Assembly (NCBI GenBank): GCA_002269645.1
Contig: NIVC01002642.1
Span: forward strand, 16,012 to 80,011
Length of the DNA: 64,000 nt
DNA from: Macrostomum lignano
Taxonomy: Eukaryota
Reading direction: 5' to 3'
A program made the position numbers and the translations under genes. Numbering within the stretch: position 1 is the first letter of the stretch; every line of letters starts with the position of its first letter. Shown here in pieces: positions 53,139-64,000 of this stretch. The notes beneath the pieces were generated by a model. It searched no databases. It saw only the letters and a program-made list of their open reading frames with translations, and was not told the DNA's origin.

Positions 53139-53415
53139 GCAAGATGGTGGAGGTGTCCTTCGACACGGTTCTGTGGCAGGAAGCGGAGGACTGTCCCCAG
53201 GACCCGTGCCACAACGCGGACAGCCCAAGCATCGCCGACCTGAACAGCACGTACTCCTATTCCTTCGAGGCCTGCGTGCGTCAGGAGATGAACGCGCTGG
53301 CCCTGCACCGGTGCGGCTGCATCATCTCCAGGTACCCCAGGCCGCGAGGCCTGCTCAGCGGCGGCGTGCCCTACTGCGGCACGCTGAACCAGAAGGATCC
53401 CACCCACTTCCTAAA
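53139..53415 (+). CDS. DEG/ENaC exon 3 (Cys-rich thumb)
   Basis: YSFEAC...RCGC...PYC; phase-1 acceptor CCGCAG and phase-2 donor GTGAG. Confidence 0.86.
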
Positions 53416-53469
53416 GTGAGACATTGCGATTAGGCTGCGGTTTTAAAATGAAGCTGATTGACCCCAGTC

Positions 53470-53668
53470 TGATAACTGATTAATCCCAATCTGATCACTG
53501 ATTGATCCCAATCTGATAACTGATTGATCCCAATCTGATAACTGATTAATCCCAATCTGATAACTGATTGATCCCAATCTGATAACTGATTGATCCCAAT
53601 CTGATAACTAATTGATCCCAATCTGATAACTGATTAATCCCAATCTGATAACTGATTCATCCCAATCT
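53470..53668. repeat. 22-bp minisatellite at the start of intron 3
   Basis: CTGATTGATCCCAATCTGATAA. Confidence 0.92.
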
Positions 53669-54194
53669 GAGACAAATTAACATTAAAGCCACCCACATTA
53701 GAATTGTCTTTTTAGCTTACAATTTCGAGAGCAGCTGCAGTACAAATGCAGCCACGAGTTGATCAGCCATTTCGTGAGGATCTCTCTTGGGTAATCAGCG
53801 CGCTGGTAGCTGATAGATCCCGAGCCCCAATGGGAATAATCGTTTTGTTCTAGCTAGGCAATAAAAAATTCTGCTCGAGTGACATCCGCTTTTCTAATTA
53901 AGCAAACAATTTTTTTACTATGCGGCGCTCATCACTGACCACTGATGGCCCACATCCACATCCAGCTGCCAATAAAGATTTGTGACTACTGCATTTTGAG
54001 CTGACTCAGTCTGTTTTTATCGACATAGGTAGTGAGGGATGACTTGACACCCTCCCTCCCTTCCTTTCCCCCTTTCAGCTGCTCTCAAACACAAACCAGT
54101 CTTATATACTATACATGGAAAGTGCGAAAGTGTAGAGAAGTACAAAACGATAGCAAATCGCTCATAGCGATCATCTACTCATAGCAGTAGCTTT

Positions 54195-54560
54195 GGGATC
54201 AGTGGGTATTCGAATGGGATCAGTGAGTATCTGATTGGGATCAATGATTATCCAGTTGGGATCTGTGATTGTCGAATTGGGATCAATAAGTATCTGATTG
54301 GAATCAATAAGTATCTGATTGGTATCAGTGAGTATCTGATTGGGATCAATGAGTATCTGATTGGAATCAGTGAGTATCTGATTGGGATCAGTGAGTATCT
54401 GATTGGGATCAGTGAGTATCTGATTGGTATCAGTGAGTATCTGATTGGGATCAGTGAGTATCTGATTGGGATCAATGAGTATCTGATTGGAATCAATGAT
54501 TATCTAGTTGGGATCAATGAGTATCTGATTGGGATTAATGATTGTCTGATTGGGATCTCT
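54195..54560. repeat. 21-bp minisatellite at the end of intron 3
   Basis: GAGTATCTGATTGGGATCA(G/A)T. Confidence 0.92.
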
Positions 54561-54578
54561 GAGTCCATATTTGAGCAG

Positions 54579-55119
54579 AGAAACAGTTCCCCGCCCGCAT
54601 CCCAGACACCTGTTCTGCCTGAGCAAAATTGACTGGAAGGTGGAGCGCAGCCGGCTGGAAGGCGGGCCGTGTCTGAAGCGCTGCAAAAAGTTCTACTTCG
54701 AGAAGGAGCTGTCAATCACCCGCTGGCGAGCCTCGGACTTCCAGCTGCACTGGATGCTGAACCAGTCGCACAGCTGGATCAATTTCAAAGACGGCAGCCA
54801 AAATGCCAGCTTCAGACAGTCCAGCCTCCGCTCCATCATGGCCTACTTAAGCCTGGAAAACCTGAGCGATATTCCGCGCGGCTCCGGGCACAACGTAGCC
54901 AAGAACTTCGCCTACGTGGTTGTGAGGCGGAAGAGCTTTAACACGGTGCGACGGGAGGAGAAGCTGACGGTGACCTTCGAGGCTCTGGTCAGCCGCATCG
55001 GGGGCCTGTGCTCACTGTACCTGGGCCTCACCATGGCCTGTCTAGTGGAGATTCTCGAGTTTCTCTACCTGGCTGTCAGTTATTTTCGGAATCAGCCACA
55101 ACAGACTGACCGGCGGTGA
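54579..55119 (+). CDS. DEG/ENaC exon 4 (TM2, stop); total about 566 aa
   Basis: PCLKRC, then LVSRIGGLCSLYLGLTMACLVEILEF; phase-2 acceptor GAGCAG. The four exons sum to 1701 nt, in frame. Confidence 0.86.
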
Positions 55120-55169
55120 TTCACCTGCCTTCGAGTGCTCGAATTTAGTATTAGTATAGTGGGTCAGCT

Positions 55170-57150
55170 ATAGGATTAAAATGGGTCAGCTGCAGGATTA
55201 AAATGGGTCAGCTGCAGGATTAAAATGGGTCAGCTGCAGGATTAAAATGGGTCAGCTGCAGGATTATAATGGGTCAGCTGCAGGATTTTTAGTGGGTCAG
55301 CTATAGTAGGATTATAATGGGTCAGCTGCAGGATTATCGTGGGTCAGCTATAGTAGGATTATAATGGGTCAGCTGCAGGATTATAGTGGGTCAGCTATAG
55401 GATTATAATGGGTCAGCTGCAGGATTATAATGGGTCAGCTGCAGGATTATAATGGGTCAGCTTCAGAATTGTAGTGGGTCAGCTATAGGATTATAGTGGG
55501 TCAGCTATATGATTATAGTGGGTCAACTATAGGATTATAGTGGGTCAGCTATAGGATTATAATGGGTCAGCTGCAGGATTATAATGGGTCAGCTGCAGGA
55601 TTATAATGGGTCAGCTTCAGAATTGTAGTGGGTCAGCTATAGGATTATAGTGGGTCAGCTATAGGATTATAGTGGGTCAGCTATATGATTATAGTGGGTC
55701 AACTATAGGATTATAGTGGGTCAGCTATATGATTATAGTGGATCAGCTATAGGATTATAGTGGGTCAGCTATATGATTATAGTGGGTCAGCTATAGGATT
55801 ATAGTGGGTCAGCTATAGGATTATAGTGGGTCAGCTATAGGATTATAGTGGGTCAGCTATATGATTATAGTGGGTCAGCTATATGATTATAATGGGTCAG
55901 CTATAGGATTATAGTGGGTCAGCTATATGATTATAGTGGGTCAGTTATAGGATTGTAGTGGGTCAGCTATATGATTATAGTGGGTCAGCTATATGATTAT
56001 AGTGGGTCAGCTATATGATTATAGTGGGTCATCTATATGATTATAATGGGTCAGCTGAAGGATTTTAATGGGTCAGCTTCAGAATTGTAGTGGGTCAGCT
56101 TCAGGATTATAGTGGGTCAGCTATAGGATTATAGTGGGTCAGCTGTATGATTATAGTGGGTCAGCTATAAGATTATAGTGGGTCAGCTGCAGGATTATAG
56201 TGGATCAGCGACAGCTATGGTAGGATTATAGTGGGTCAGCTATAGGATTATAGTGGATCAGCTGCAGGATTATAGTGGGTCAGCTATAGGATTATAGTGG
56301 ATCAGCTGCAGGATTATAGTGGGTCAGCTATAGGATTATAGTGGGTCAGCTATATGATTATAGTGGGTCAGCTATAGGATTATAGTAGGTCAGCTGCAGG
56401 ATTATAATGGGTCAGCTTCAGAATTGTAGTGGGTCAGCTTCAGGATTATAGTGGGTCAGCTATAGGATTATAGTGGGTCAGCTGTAGGATTATAGTGGGT
56501 CAGCTATAGGATTATAGTGGGTCAGCTTTAGGATTATAGTGGGTCAGCTATAGGATTATAGTGGGTCAGCCATAGGATTATAGTGGGTCAGCTTTAGGAC
56601 TATAGTGGGTCAGCTATAGGATTATAGTGGGTCAGCTATAGGATTATAGTGGGTCAGCTTTAGGATTATAGTGGGTCAGCTATAGGATTATAGTGGGTCA
56701 GCTTCAGGATTTTAGCGGGTAAGCTTCAGGATTTTAGTGGGTCAGCTTCAGGATTTTAGTGGGTAAGCTTCAGGATTTTAGTGGGTAGGCTTCAGGATTT
56801 TAGTGGGTCAGCTTCAGGATTTTAGTGGGTCAGCTTCAGGATTTTAGTGGGTCAGCTTCAGGAGTTTAGTGGGTCAGCTTCAGGATTTTAGTGGGTCAGC
56901 TTCAGGATTTTAGTGGGTCAGCTTCAGGAGTTTAGTGGGTCAGCTTCAGGAGTTTAGTGGGTCAGCTTCAGGATTTTAGTGGGTCAGCTTCAGGAGTTTA
57001 GTGGGTCAGCTTTAGGATTATAGTGGGTAAGCTTTAGGATTATAGTGGGTCAGCTTCAGGATTTTAGTGGGTAAGCTTTAGGATTTTAGCGGGTAAGCTT
57101 CAGGATTTTAGCGGGTCGACTAATAGGAAAAGCCTATTTAAAAGCAGTTT
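55170..57150. repeat. 22-bp minisatellite (about 90 copies) directly after the DEG/ENaC stop
   Basis: GGGTCAGCTATAGGATTATAGT with positionally clustered variants. Confidence 0.95.
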
Positions 57151-57534
57151 CGGGCAGTCCCACTTCGTGGCTCATCTCTATTGTAAATTTACATCTAAAT
57201 ACTGGTCGCCTTTCTGATTTCTATATTCTTCGATCACGCACTATGCTACTGAAAGTAGTCCACTTTGAAACCGTGCTGCGTTGGCGGTAAACTTTTTATC
57301 ACTAACTCGTATCATTGTGTTACGAAAGTTAAAGCAAAACAAATTAAAATACGAAAGTGCTATACAGTATGGAAAAAGTAAACAAATCATTTAGGTTTGT
57401 CGGATTTACTCATGGACGGACACAAGTTCAAAATTATTATTTTTTAACCATTTGCGAGCAAACTGTTTTGCACAAAATAGAATAATACTCACCCGTATGC
57501 GATCTATTATTGTTCAGAAGCTCATTAAACGTTG

Positions 57535-57815
57535 ATAAGAACAACGCAACACTAAAAACAACAACAATAACAACAACGCAACACTAAAAACAACAACAAC
57601 AATAACAACAACGCAACACTAAAAACAACAACAACAACAACAACACAACACTCAAAACAACAACAACAACAACAACACAACAACAAAAACAACAACAATA
57701 ACAACAACGCAACAACAAAGACAACAACAATAACAACAAAACAACACTAAAAACAACAACAATAACAACAACGCAACAACAAAAACAACAAAATAGAAAA
57801 GTGACTACAAACAAC
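57535..57815. repeat. Degenerate (CAA)n tract with about 30-bp super-period; probable 3' tail of the adjacent LINE
   Basis: AAAACAACAACAATAACAACAACGCAACACTA units. Confidence 0.85.
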
Positions 57816-57859
57816 AGAATACGCTTTCAGTCAATCAAGCGTGGGAAAATGTCACAGGG

Positions 57860-58975
57860 CGCATTTAATTAAGGGCCGGGGCACAAACGTTTGGAACGTT
57901 TGGACACGCCGGCAGTGTCCGGGGCGCCGGCATCAGCCAGCAGGCAGTCGACGAAACGCCGAGTGCGCGCCTGCCCCCGCCGGTAGGGTGCCTGCAGCGT
58001 CAGCAGCAGCACCTCCTGCACCGGCTGCGGGCAGTACGACTCGGCTCAGATGATGTGGCCTGCCAGCTGGAGTTGCCGATGGCGCAACAGTTTGCTGAGA
58101 CGGGACAGGCCGTTGCGGCGATAGAGTGCCGCGTTCGTCACTCGCTCGTAGCCGATCTTGAAGGCGGCGCGCAGCAGACCTGCTGTTCGAGCGAATCTGT
58201 CAACGTCCAGGTCTCGGCGTTGTACAACAGGATGGTCTCGATCACCGCCTGGAACAGCGCCGCCCTCAGTGCCGAGGTAGACGAACTGCTGACAGCGCGA
58301 AAGCCTCGTCACCTGTCCGTCAGCGCCTCGGCAGAAAATCGCAGCCTCGATGTCGTCCGGCACGCAGAGCACGACGGTCTTCTGTGTGTTGACCCCCAGG
58401 CCGACACTCGCCGCAACGCTCATCAGCCGGTCCAGCTGGCGCTGGGCGCCCTCGACGGTCGAGGACAGCAGGGCGAGATCATCAGCGTAGCCGAGCACGC
58501 TGAGTCGCCTCTCCGGTTGGCGTCGACCCACGCGTCGTTGCAGCAGGAAGCCGTCGTTGTCAGAAGGGAGAGCAGTCCGCAGCACCCAGTCAAGCACCAG
58601 AACGAACAGGAACGGCGCAAGAGTATCTCCCTGAAGCACCCCGGAGGATGTCTCAAAGAATTCCGATAGGCCGTCCTGTGTTGAAAGAGCAGCTTTTGTA
58701 TTGCGGTACATCGCCATGATGGCAGAGACAAACTGCTCATTGCACATTGTACGCACAGAGCACCTTTAGAAGTACAGACCTGACGACCGAGTCGAATGCC
58801 TTCTTGAAATCAATGAAGATGATAATCAGGTGACTCGATGATCGATGACTCGCCGAAGAGCCAGAATCTGCGTCACTGTGCCGCGATGGGGCCGGAAGCC
58901 GTTCTGCTCAGGACGCAGGCACGGATCCAGCAGCAGATGCCTCGATGCTCCTCCAGCCTTGTGGTGCCCGGCTTC
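57860..58975 (-). mobile_element. 5'-truncated, internally deleted non-LTR retrotransposon (RTE/RTE-X-like reverse transcriptase)
   Basis: EQNGFRPHRGTVTQILALRRVI, FIDFKKAFDSV, GVLQGDTLAPFLF, YADD, FVYLG, LYNAETWTL and QLAGH across frames, with stops and deletions. Confidence 0.88.
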
Positions 58976-59224
58976 TTAGAAAACAACAACAATAATAATA
59001 AAAACGAAAACGGTGCGACAACAAAAAACAATTGACGTTTAAGTCTCGGCGTTGTACAGCAGGACGATCTCGACCTGGATGATCTCGATGCCATGTCACT
59101 TCCTTGATGAACAAGACATCCGACTTAAGCTCGCTGCCTGGCCAAGGATCACTAATTGTTAACTGTCCATGGATCAGCCACGTGTGCGTGGGCAAAGGAA
59201 GGAATTAGATCCCTTATTTGAACT

Positions 59225-59530
59225 GAATTTCCCAAACCTCTGCTATCTGTCCGCTCACGGGGTCACTCCGCCATCTGTCTGCTCACGGGGTCACTCTGCC
59301 GTCTGTCTTCTCACGGGGTCACTCTGCCGTCTGTCTGCTCACTGGGTCACTCTGCCGTCTGTCTGCTCACGGGGTCACTCTGCCATCTGTCTGCTCACGG
59401 GGTCACTCTGCCGTCTGTCTGCTCACGGGTCACTCTGCCGTCTGTCTGCTCACGGGGTCACTCTGCCGTCTGTCTGCTCATGGGGTCACTCCGCCGTCTG
59501 TCTGCTCACGGCACGAGGGTCACTCCGCCA
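59225..59530. repeat. 28-bp minisatellite (about 10 copies)
   Basis: CTGCTCACGGGGTCACTCTGCCGTCTGT. Confidence 0.92.
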
Positions 59531-59658
59531 TCAATCCTAGATTCCCACCCTCCTCCCAAAGTCAAGGTGAGAGCGGTGCGAGGGGTCCGTTAGTGGGAGC
59601 CAATGGTTGCTGGGAGGGCCGAACAGCCGGGCTTAGATAAAGCAAACACACCCAGCAC

Positions 59659-59745
59659 ATGGCAGACAGACAGCCTGCTGGATGCACTGGACAGAGTCAC
59701 TTCTACAGCCATTCGCAGGAGATTCACAGGCTGGCAATGCTGTCA

Positions 59746-59779
<34 letters not shown>

Positions 59780-60479
59780 GCAGCAGCGATGTTTCCTTTG
59801 GTCAGATTTGGCAGGACTGCAGCGGCTACAACTCGACTCTGCTGCTTCGGTTCGAGTCGGCCCTGACCGAGGTACACGGCTACCTGAGCTCCGCCATCTG
59901 CATAGTCGGCCTGCTGCTCAACTGCGCCGTGATCTCCACCCTCACCCGGCGGGCATGCGCAACCCCTTCAACCTGATCCTCATCGGCATAGCCGTCAGCG
60001 ACATGCTGAAGATGGCCACCTACACCTACTACGCCATGTATCTGTACATCGCCACCAAGCCCGCGCCCGGCACCGGGCACTCCAGGCTGGGCATCCAGCT
60101 CATCCTGGTGCACAACGTGCTGTCAATCACCAGTCACATGGTCGGCACTCTGCTGACGGTGGCGCTGGCCTTCTTCCGCTTCGTGGTGGTGTACTTTCCA
60201 GCCGACGGGCCCGCCTGGTGCAGCATGCGGCGCGTGCGGCACTGCATGCTGGTCGTCGGAGCGATTTCCCTGCTGGCCACGCTGCCGAACTCCTTCATGT
60301 TCCGGCTGCACAATCTCGGCCAGAACGGCACTAACAGCTGGTGGTTCGAGGTGAAGCCCTGGGTGATGCGGGCGCACATGGAGACGCTGAATATGTACAT
60401 CTACGGCATTCTGGCCAAAATCTGCAGCTCAGTGCTCAACTGCATCTTCAGTGGGATCCTGCTCTACACGCTGAGACAG
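59659..60479 (+). CDS. First coding exon (TM1-TM5) of a DmsR/myosuppressin-receptor-like peptide GPCR; 1-nt frameshift near 59948; continues beyond the window
   Basis: HGYLSSAICIVGLLLN (frame of ORF 59659) joins MRNPFNLILIGIAVSDML, LTVALAFFRF, and YIYGILAKI (frame of ORF 59682). Poly-Ser N-terminus; phase-0 donor CAG|GTAC at 60480. The start codon is uncertain. Confidence 0.8.
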
Positions 60480-60544
60480 GTACCACAATGTTCTGAGCTA
60501 TTCTGGAACTCACTGCTCTACTGCTCACTACTCAGAACTCACCT

Positions 60545-62215
60545 AATCTATTCTCACCCTGTCCCACCTCTGTCTGATCTATTCTCACCCTGTCCCACCT
60601 GTCTGATCTATTCTCCCCCTGCCCCACCTCTGTCTGATGATCTATTCTCACCCTGTCCCACCCTCTGTCTGATCTATTCTCACCCCTGTTCATCTTTGCC
60701 TGATCTATTCTCACCCTGTCACCCCTCTGCCTGATTTATTCGTACCCTCTGTCTTCTTCTCTCTGATCTATTCTCACCCCGTCACCCCTCTGCCTGATCT
60801 ATTCGTACCCTCTGTCTACTTCTCTCTGATCTATTCTCACCCCGTCACCCTCTGCCTGATCTATTCGTACCCTCTGTCTTCTTCTCTCTGATCTATTCTC
60901 ACCCCGTCACCCCTCTGCCTGATCTATTCGTACCCTCTGTCTTCTTCTCTCTGATCTATTCTCACCCTGTCACCCCTCTGCCTGATCTATTCGTACCCTC
61001 TGTCTACTTCTCTCTGATCTATTCTCACCCCGTCACCCCTCTGCCTGATCTATTCGTACCCTCTGTCTACTTCTCTCTGATCTATTCTCACCCCGTCACC
61101 CCTCTGCCTGATCTATTCGTACCCTCTGTCTACTTCTCTCTGATCTATTCTCACCCCGTCACCCCTCTGCCTGATCTATTCGTACCCTCTGTCTACTTCT
61201 CTCTGATCTATTCTCACCCCGTCACCCCTCTGCCTGATCTATTCGTACCCTCTGTCTTCTTCTCTCTGATCTATTCTCACCCTGTCACCCCTCTGCCTGA
61301 TCTATTCGTACCCTCTGTCTACTTCTCTCTGATCTATTCTCACCCCGTCACCCCTCTGCCTGATCTATTCGTACCCTCTGTCTACTTCTCTCTGATCTAT
61401 TCTCACCCCGTCACCCCTCTGCCTGATCTATTCGTACCCTCTGTCTTCTTCTCTCTGATCTATTCTCACCCTGTCACCCTCTGCCTGATCTATTCGTACC
61501 CTCTGTCTACTTCTCTCTGATCTATTCTCACCCCGTCACCCCTCTGCCTTATCTATTCGTACCCTCTGTCTTCTTCTCTCTGATCTATTCTCACCCCGTC
61601 ACCCCTCTGCCTGATCTATTCGTACCCTCTGTCTTCTTCTCTCTTATCTATTCTCACCCTGTCACCCTCTGCCTGATCTATTTGTACCTCTGTCTACTTC
61701 TCTCTGATCTATTCTCACCCGTCACCCCTCTGCCTGATCTATTCGTACCCTCTGTCTACTTCTCTCTGATCTATTCTCACCCTGTCACCCCTCTTCCTGA
61801 TCTATTCGTACCCTCTGTCTACTTCTCTCTGATCTATTCTCACCCCGTCACCCCTCTGCCTGATCTATTCGTACCCTCTGTCTACTTCTCTCTGATCTAT
61901 TCTCACCCCGTCACCCCTCTGCCTGATCTATTCGTACCCTCTGTCTTCTTCTCTCTGATCTATTCTCACCCCGTCACCCCTCTGCCTGATCTATTCGTAC
62001 CCTCTGTCTTCTTCTCTCTGATCTATTCTCACCCCGTCACCCCTCTGCCTGATCTATTCGTACCCTCTGTCTTCTTCTCTCTGATCTATTCTCACCCCGT
62101 CACCCCTCTGCCTGATCTATTCGTACCCTCTGTCTTCTTCTCTCTGATCTATTCTCACCCTGTCACCCCTCTGCCTGATCTATTCGTACCCTCTGTCTTC
62201 TTCTCTCTGATCTAT
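60545..62215. repeat. 63-bp higher-order repeat (31+32 bp) derived from an approximately 29-bp monomer, intronic
   Basis: TGATCTATTCTCACCCCGTCACCCCTCTGCC + TGATCTATTCGTACCCTCTGTCTWCTTCTCTC. Confidence 0.95.
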
Positions 62216-62934
62216 CATTTTCAGGTTTTCACCAATCCATTCTCATCTGAATTTTCTTCCTCAGCCTTGCCCTTTCGATTTCAGCTGCCCCCGGCCCAAA
62301 ATAAATTTGTTGTGCAGACAGCCGGCCCGCTGTGCACACCTGTGCATATTTTTCATCAATTCGTTAATCCACATATTTAGCTAATCCTCTCTGGCATGCC
62401 AGACTGTTTCAAAAAAGATTGACAGCAAATTGGGCGCCCCCAAAACAAGGAGACGACGAATTCAATCGTCCCAGCTGACGCTCTCACCTGGCCGTTGACC
62501 CCCCCCCGATTGCCCCCAGCCTCCCGCAAGGGGTGCGCGCGCACTTCATCGGCTCGCCTATTGATGCCCTATATGATAAGCGGGGTCGCTCACGCTATCC
62601 TCATCCCCGCCCAGGCAGCTGGCTACAGCAGCAGCCGCAGCAAATCTGGAATCCCAAATCCCTGTCGGCAGTTGAGCATTCGACGTTGAGAGCCCATTTT
62701 AAAATATTCCGCAGCTCAGAAAATAAGTTTTCGACTGTCCGGAGGCTTGACAGGAAGAGAGGAATTCTCAATTTCCCCAGGGAGAAAACTGGAGCTCGAG
62801 GCTCGAGGGAAGCGCAGGACGGGACACAGGGACTCAGCCTCGCGCTCAATGCTGCTGTACCCGCCGATAGCGCTGACCGACAGAGCAAAATGGCCACCGC
62901 AATTTAACAGTTGAACTGCGCGATTTCCGACATT

Positions 62935-63930
62935 GGGTGTCTCAGCCCCTCCCGCACATTGCAGAGGTGTCTCAGCCCCTCCCGCACATTGCAGAGGTGT
63001 CTCAGCCCCTCCCGCACATTGCAGAGGTGTCTCAGCCCTCCCGCACATTGCAGAGGTGTCTCAGCCCCTCCCGCACATTGCAGAGGTGTCTCAGCCCCTC
63101 CCGCACATTGCAGAGGTGTCTCAGCCCTCCCAAGCATTGCAGTGGTGTCTCAGCCCCTCCCAAGCATTGCAGTGGTGTCTCAGCCCCTCCCGCACATTGC
63201 AGAGGTGTCTCAGCCCCTCCCGCACATTGCAGAGGTGTCTCAGCCCCCCAAGCATTGCAGTGGTGTCTCAGCCCCTCCCGCAGATTGCAGATGTGTCTCA
63301 GCCCCTCCCGCACATTGCAGAGGTGTCTCAGCCCTCCCGCACATTGCAGAGGTGTCTCAGCCCTCCCGCACATTGCAGAGGTGTCTCAGCCCCTCCCGCA
63401 CATTGCAGAGGTGTCTCAGCCCCTCCCAAGCATTGCAGTGGTGTCTCAGCCCCTCCCGCAGATTGCAGAGGTGTCTCAGCCCCTCCGCAGATTGCAGAGG
63501 TGTCTCAGCCCCTCCTGCACATTGCAGAGGTGTCTCAGCCCCTCCCGCACATTGCAGTGGTGTCTCAGCCCCTCCCGCACATTGCAGAGGTGTCTCAGCC
63601 CCTCCTGCACATTGCAGAGGTGTCTCAGCCCCTCCCGCACATTGCAGGTGTCTCAGCCCCTCCCGCACATAGCAGAGGTGTCTCAGCCCCTCCCGCACAT
63701 TGCAGAGGTGTCTCAGCCCCTCCCGCACATTGCAGAGGTGTCTCAGCCCCTCCTGCACATTGCAGAGGTGTCTCAGCCCTCTCCGCACATTGCAGAGGTG
63801 TCTCAGCCCCTCCCGCACATTGCAGTGGTGTCTCAGCCCCTCCCCGCACATTGCAGAGTGTCTCAGCCCCTCCCGCACATTGCAGAGGTGTCTCAGCCCC
63901 TCCTGCACATTGCAGAGGTGTCTCAGCCTT
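62935..63930. repeat. 30/29-bp minisatellite (about 33 copies), intronic
   Basis: GCAGAGGTGTCTCAGCCCCTCCCGCACATT. Confidence 0.95.
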
Positions 63931-64000
63931 GAGTTTTAGCGAGCCCGACTGGAACGCCTACTAGAAGACGGAAGGCATATCGTGATACTTGAATCAATTC

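Overview
Eukaryotic (animal) genomic DNA. GC-rich coding, AT-rich spacers and a very heavy minisatellite load suggest a free-living flatworm such as Macrostomum (inference only). Host genes: first coding exon of an SLC25A39/40 mitochondrial carrier (-); two paralogous class A GPCRs (-), each with frameshifts; a VWA + alpha-kinase (VwkA-like, +); an MFSD2-type lysolipid transporter with uninterrupted CDS (+); a BET bromodomain gene (BD1-BD2-ET-SEED, +) with one apparent 1-nt frameshift; a 4-exon DEG/ENaC channel (+) with unusual pore residues; and the first exon of a DmsR/myosuppressin-receptor-like GPCR (+). Mobile DNA: a full-length but defective Ty3/Gypsy (Mag-like) element with both LTRs and a 5-bp TSD, a hAT/Charlie-type MITE, a Mutator-type MITE with a 9-bp TSD, a probable Helentron-type non-autonomous element and a decayed RTE-like LINE. 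About 40% of the window is tandem repeats (units 3-71 bp); most long ORFs in the supplied track are spurious translations of these arrays. No tRNA, rRNA or CRISPR array was seen. Coordinates and splice sites were read by eye; no database searches were run.
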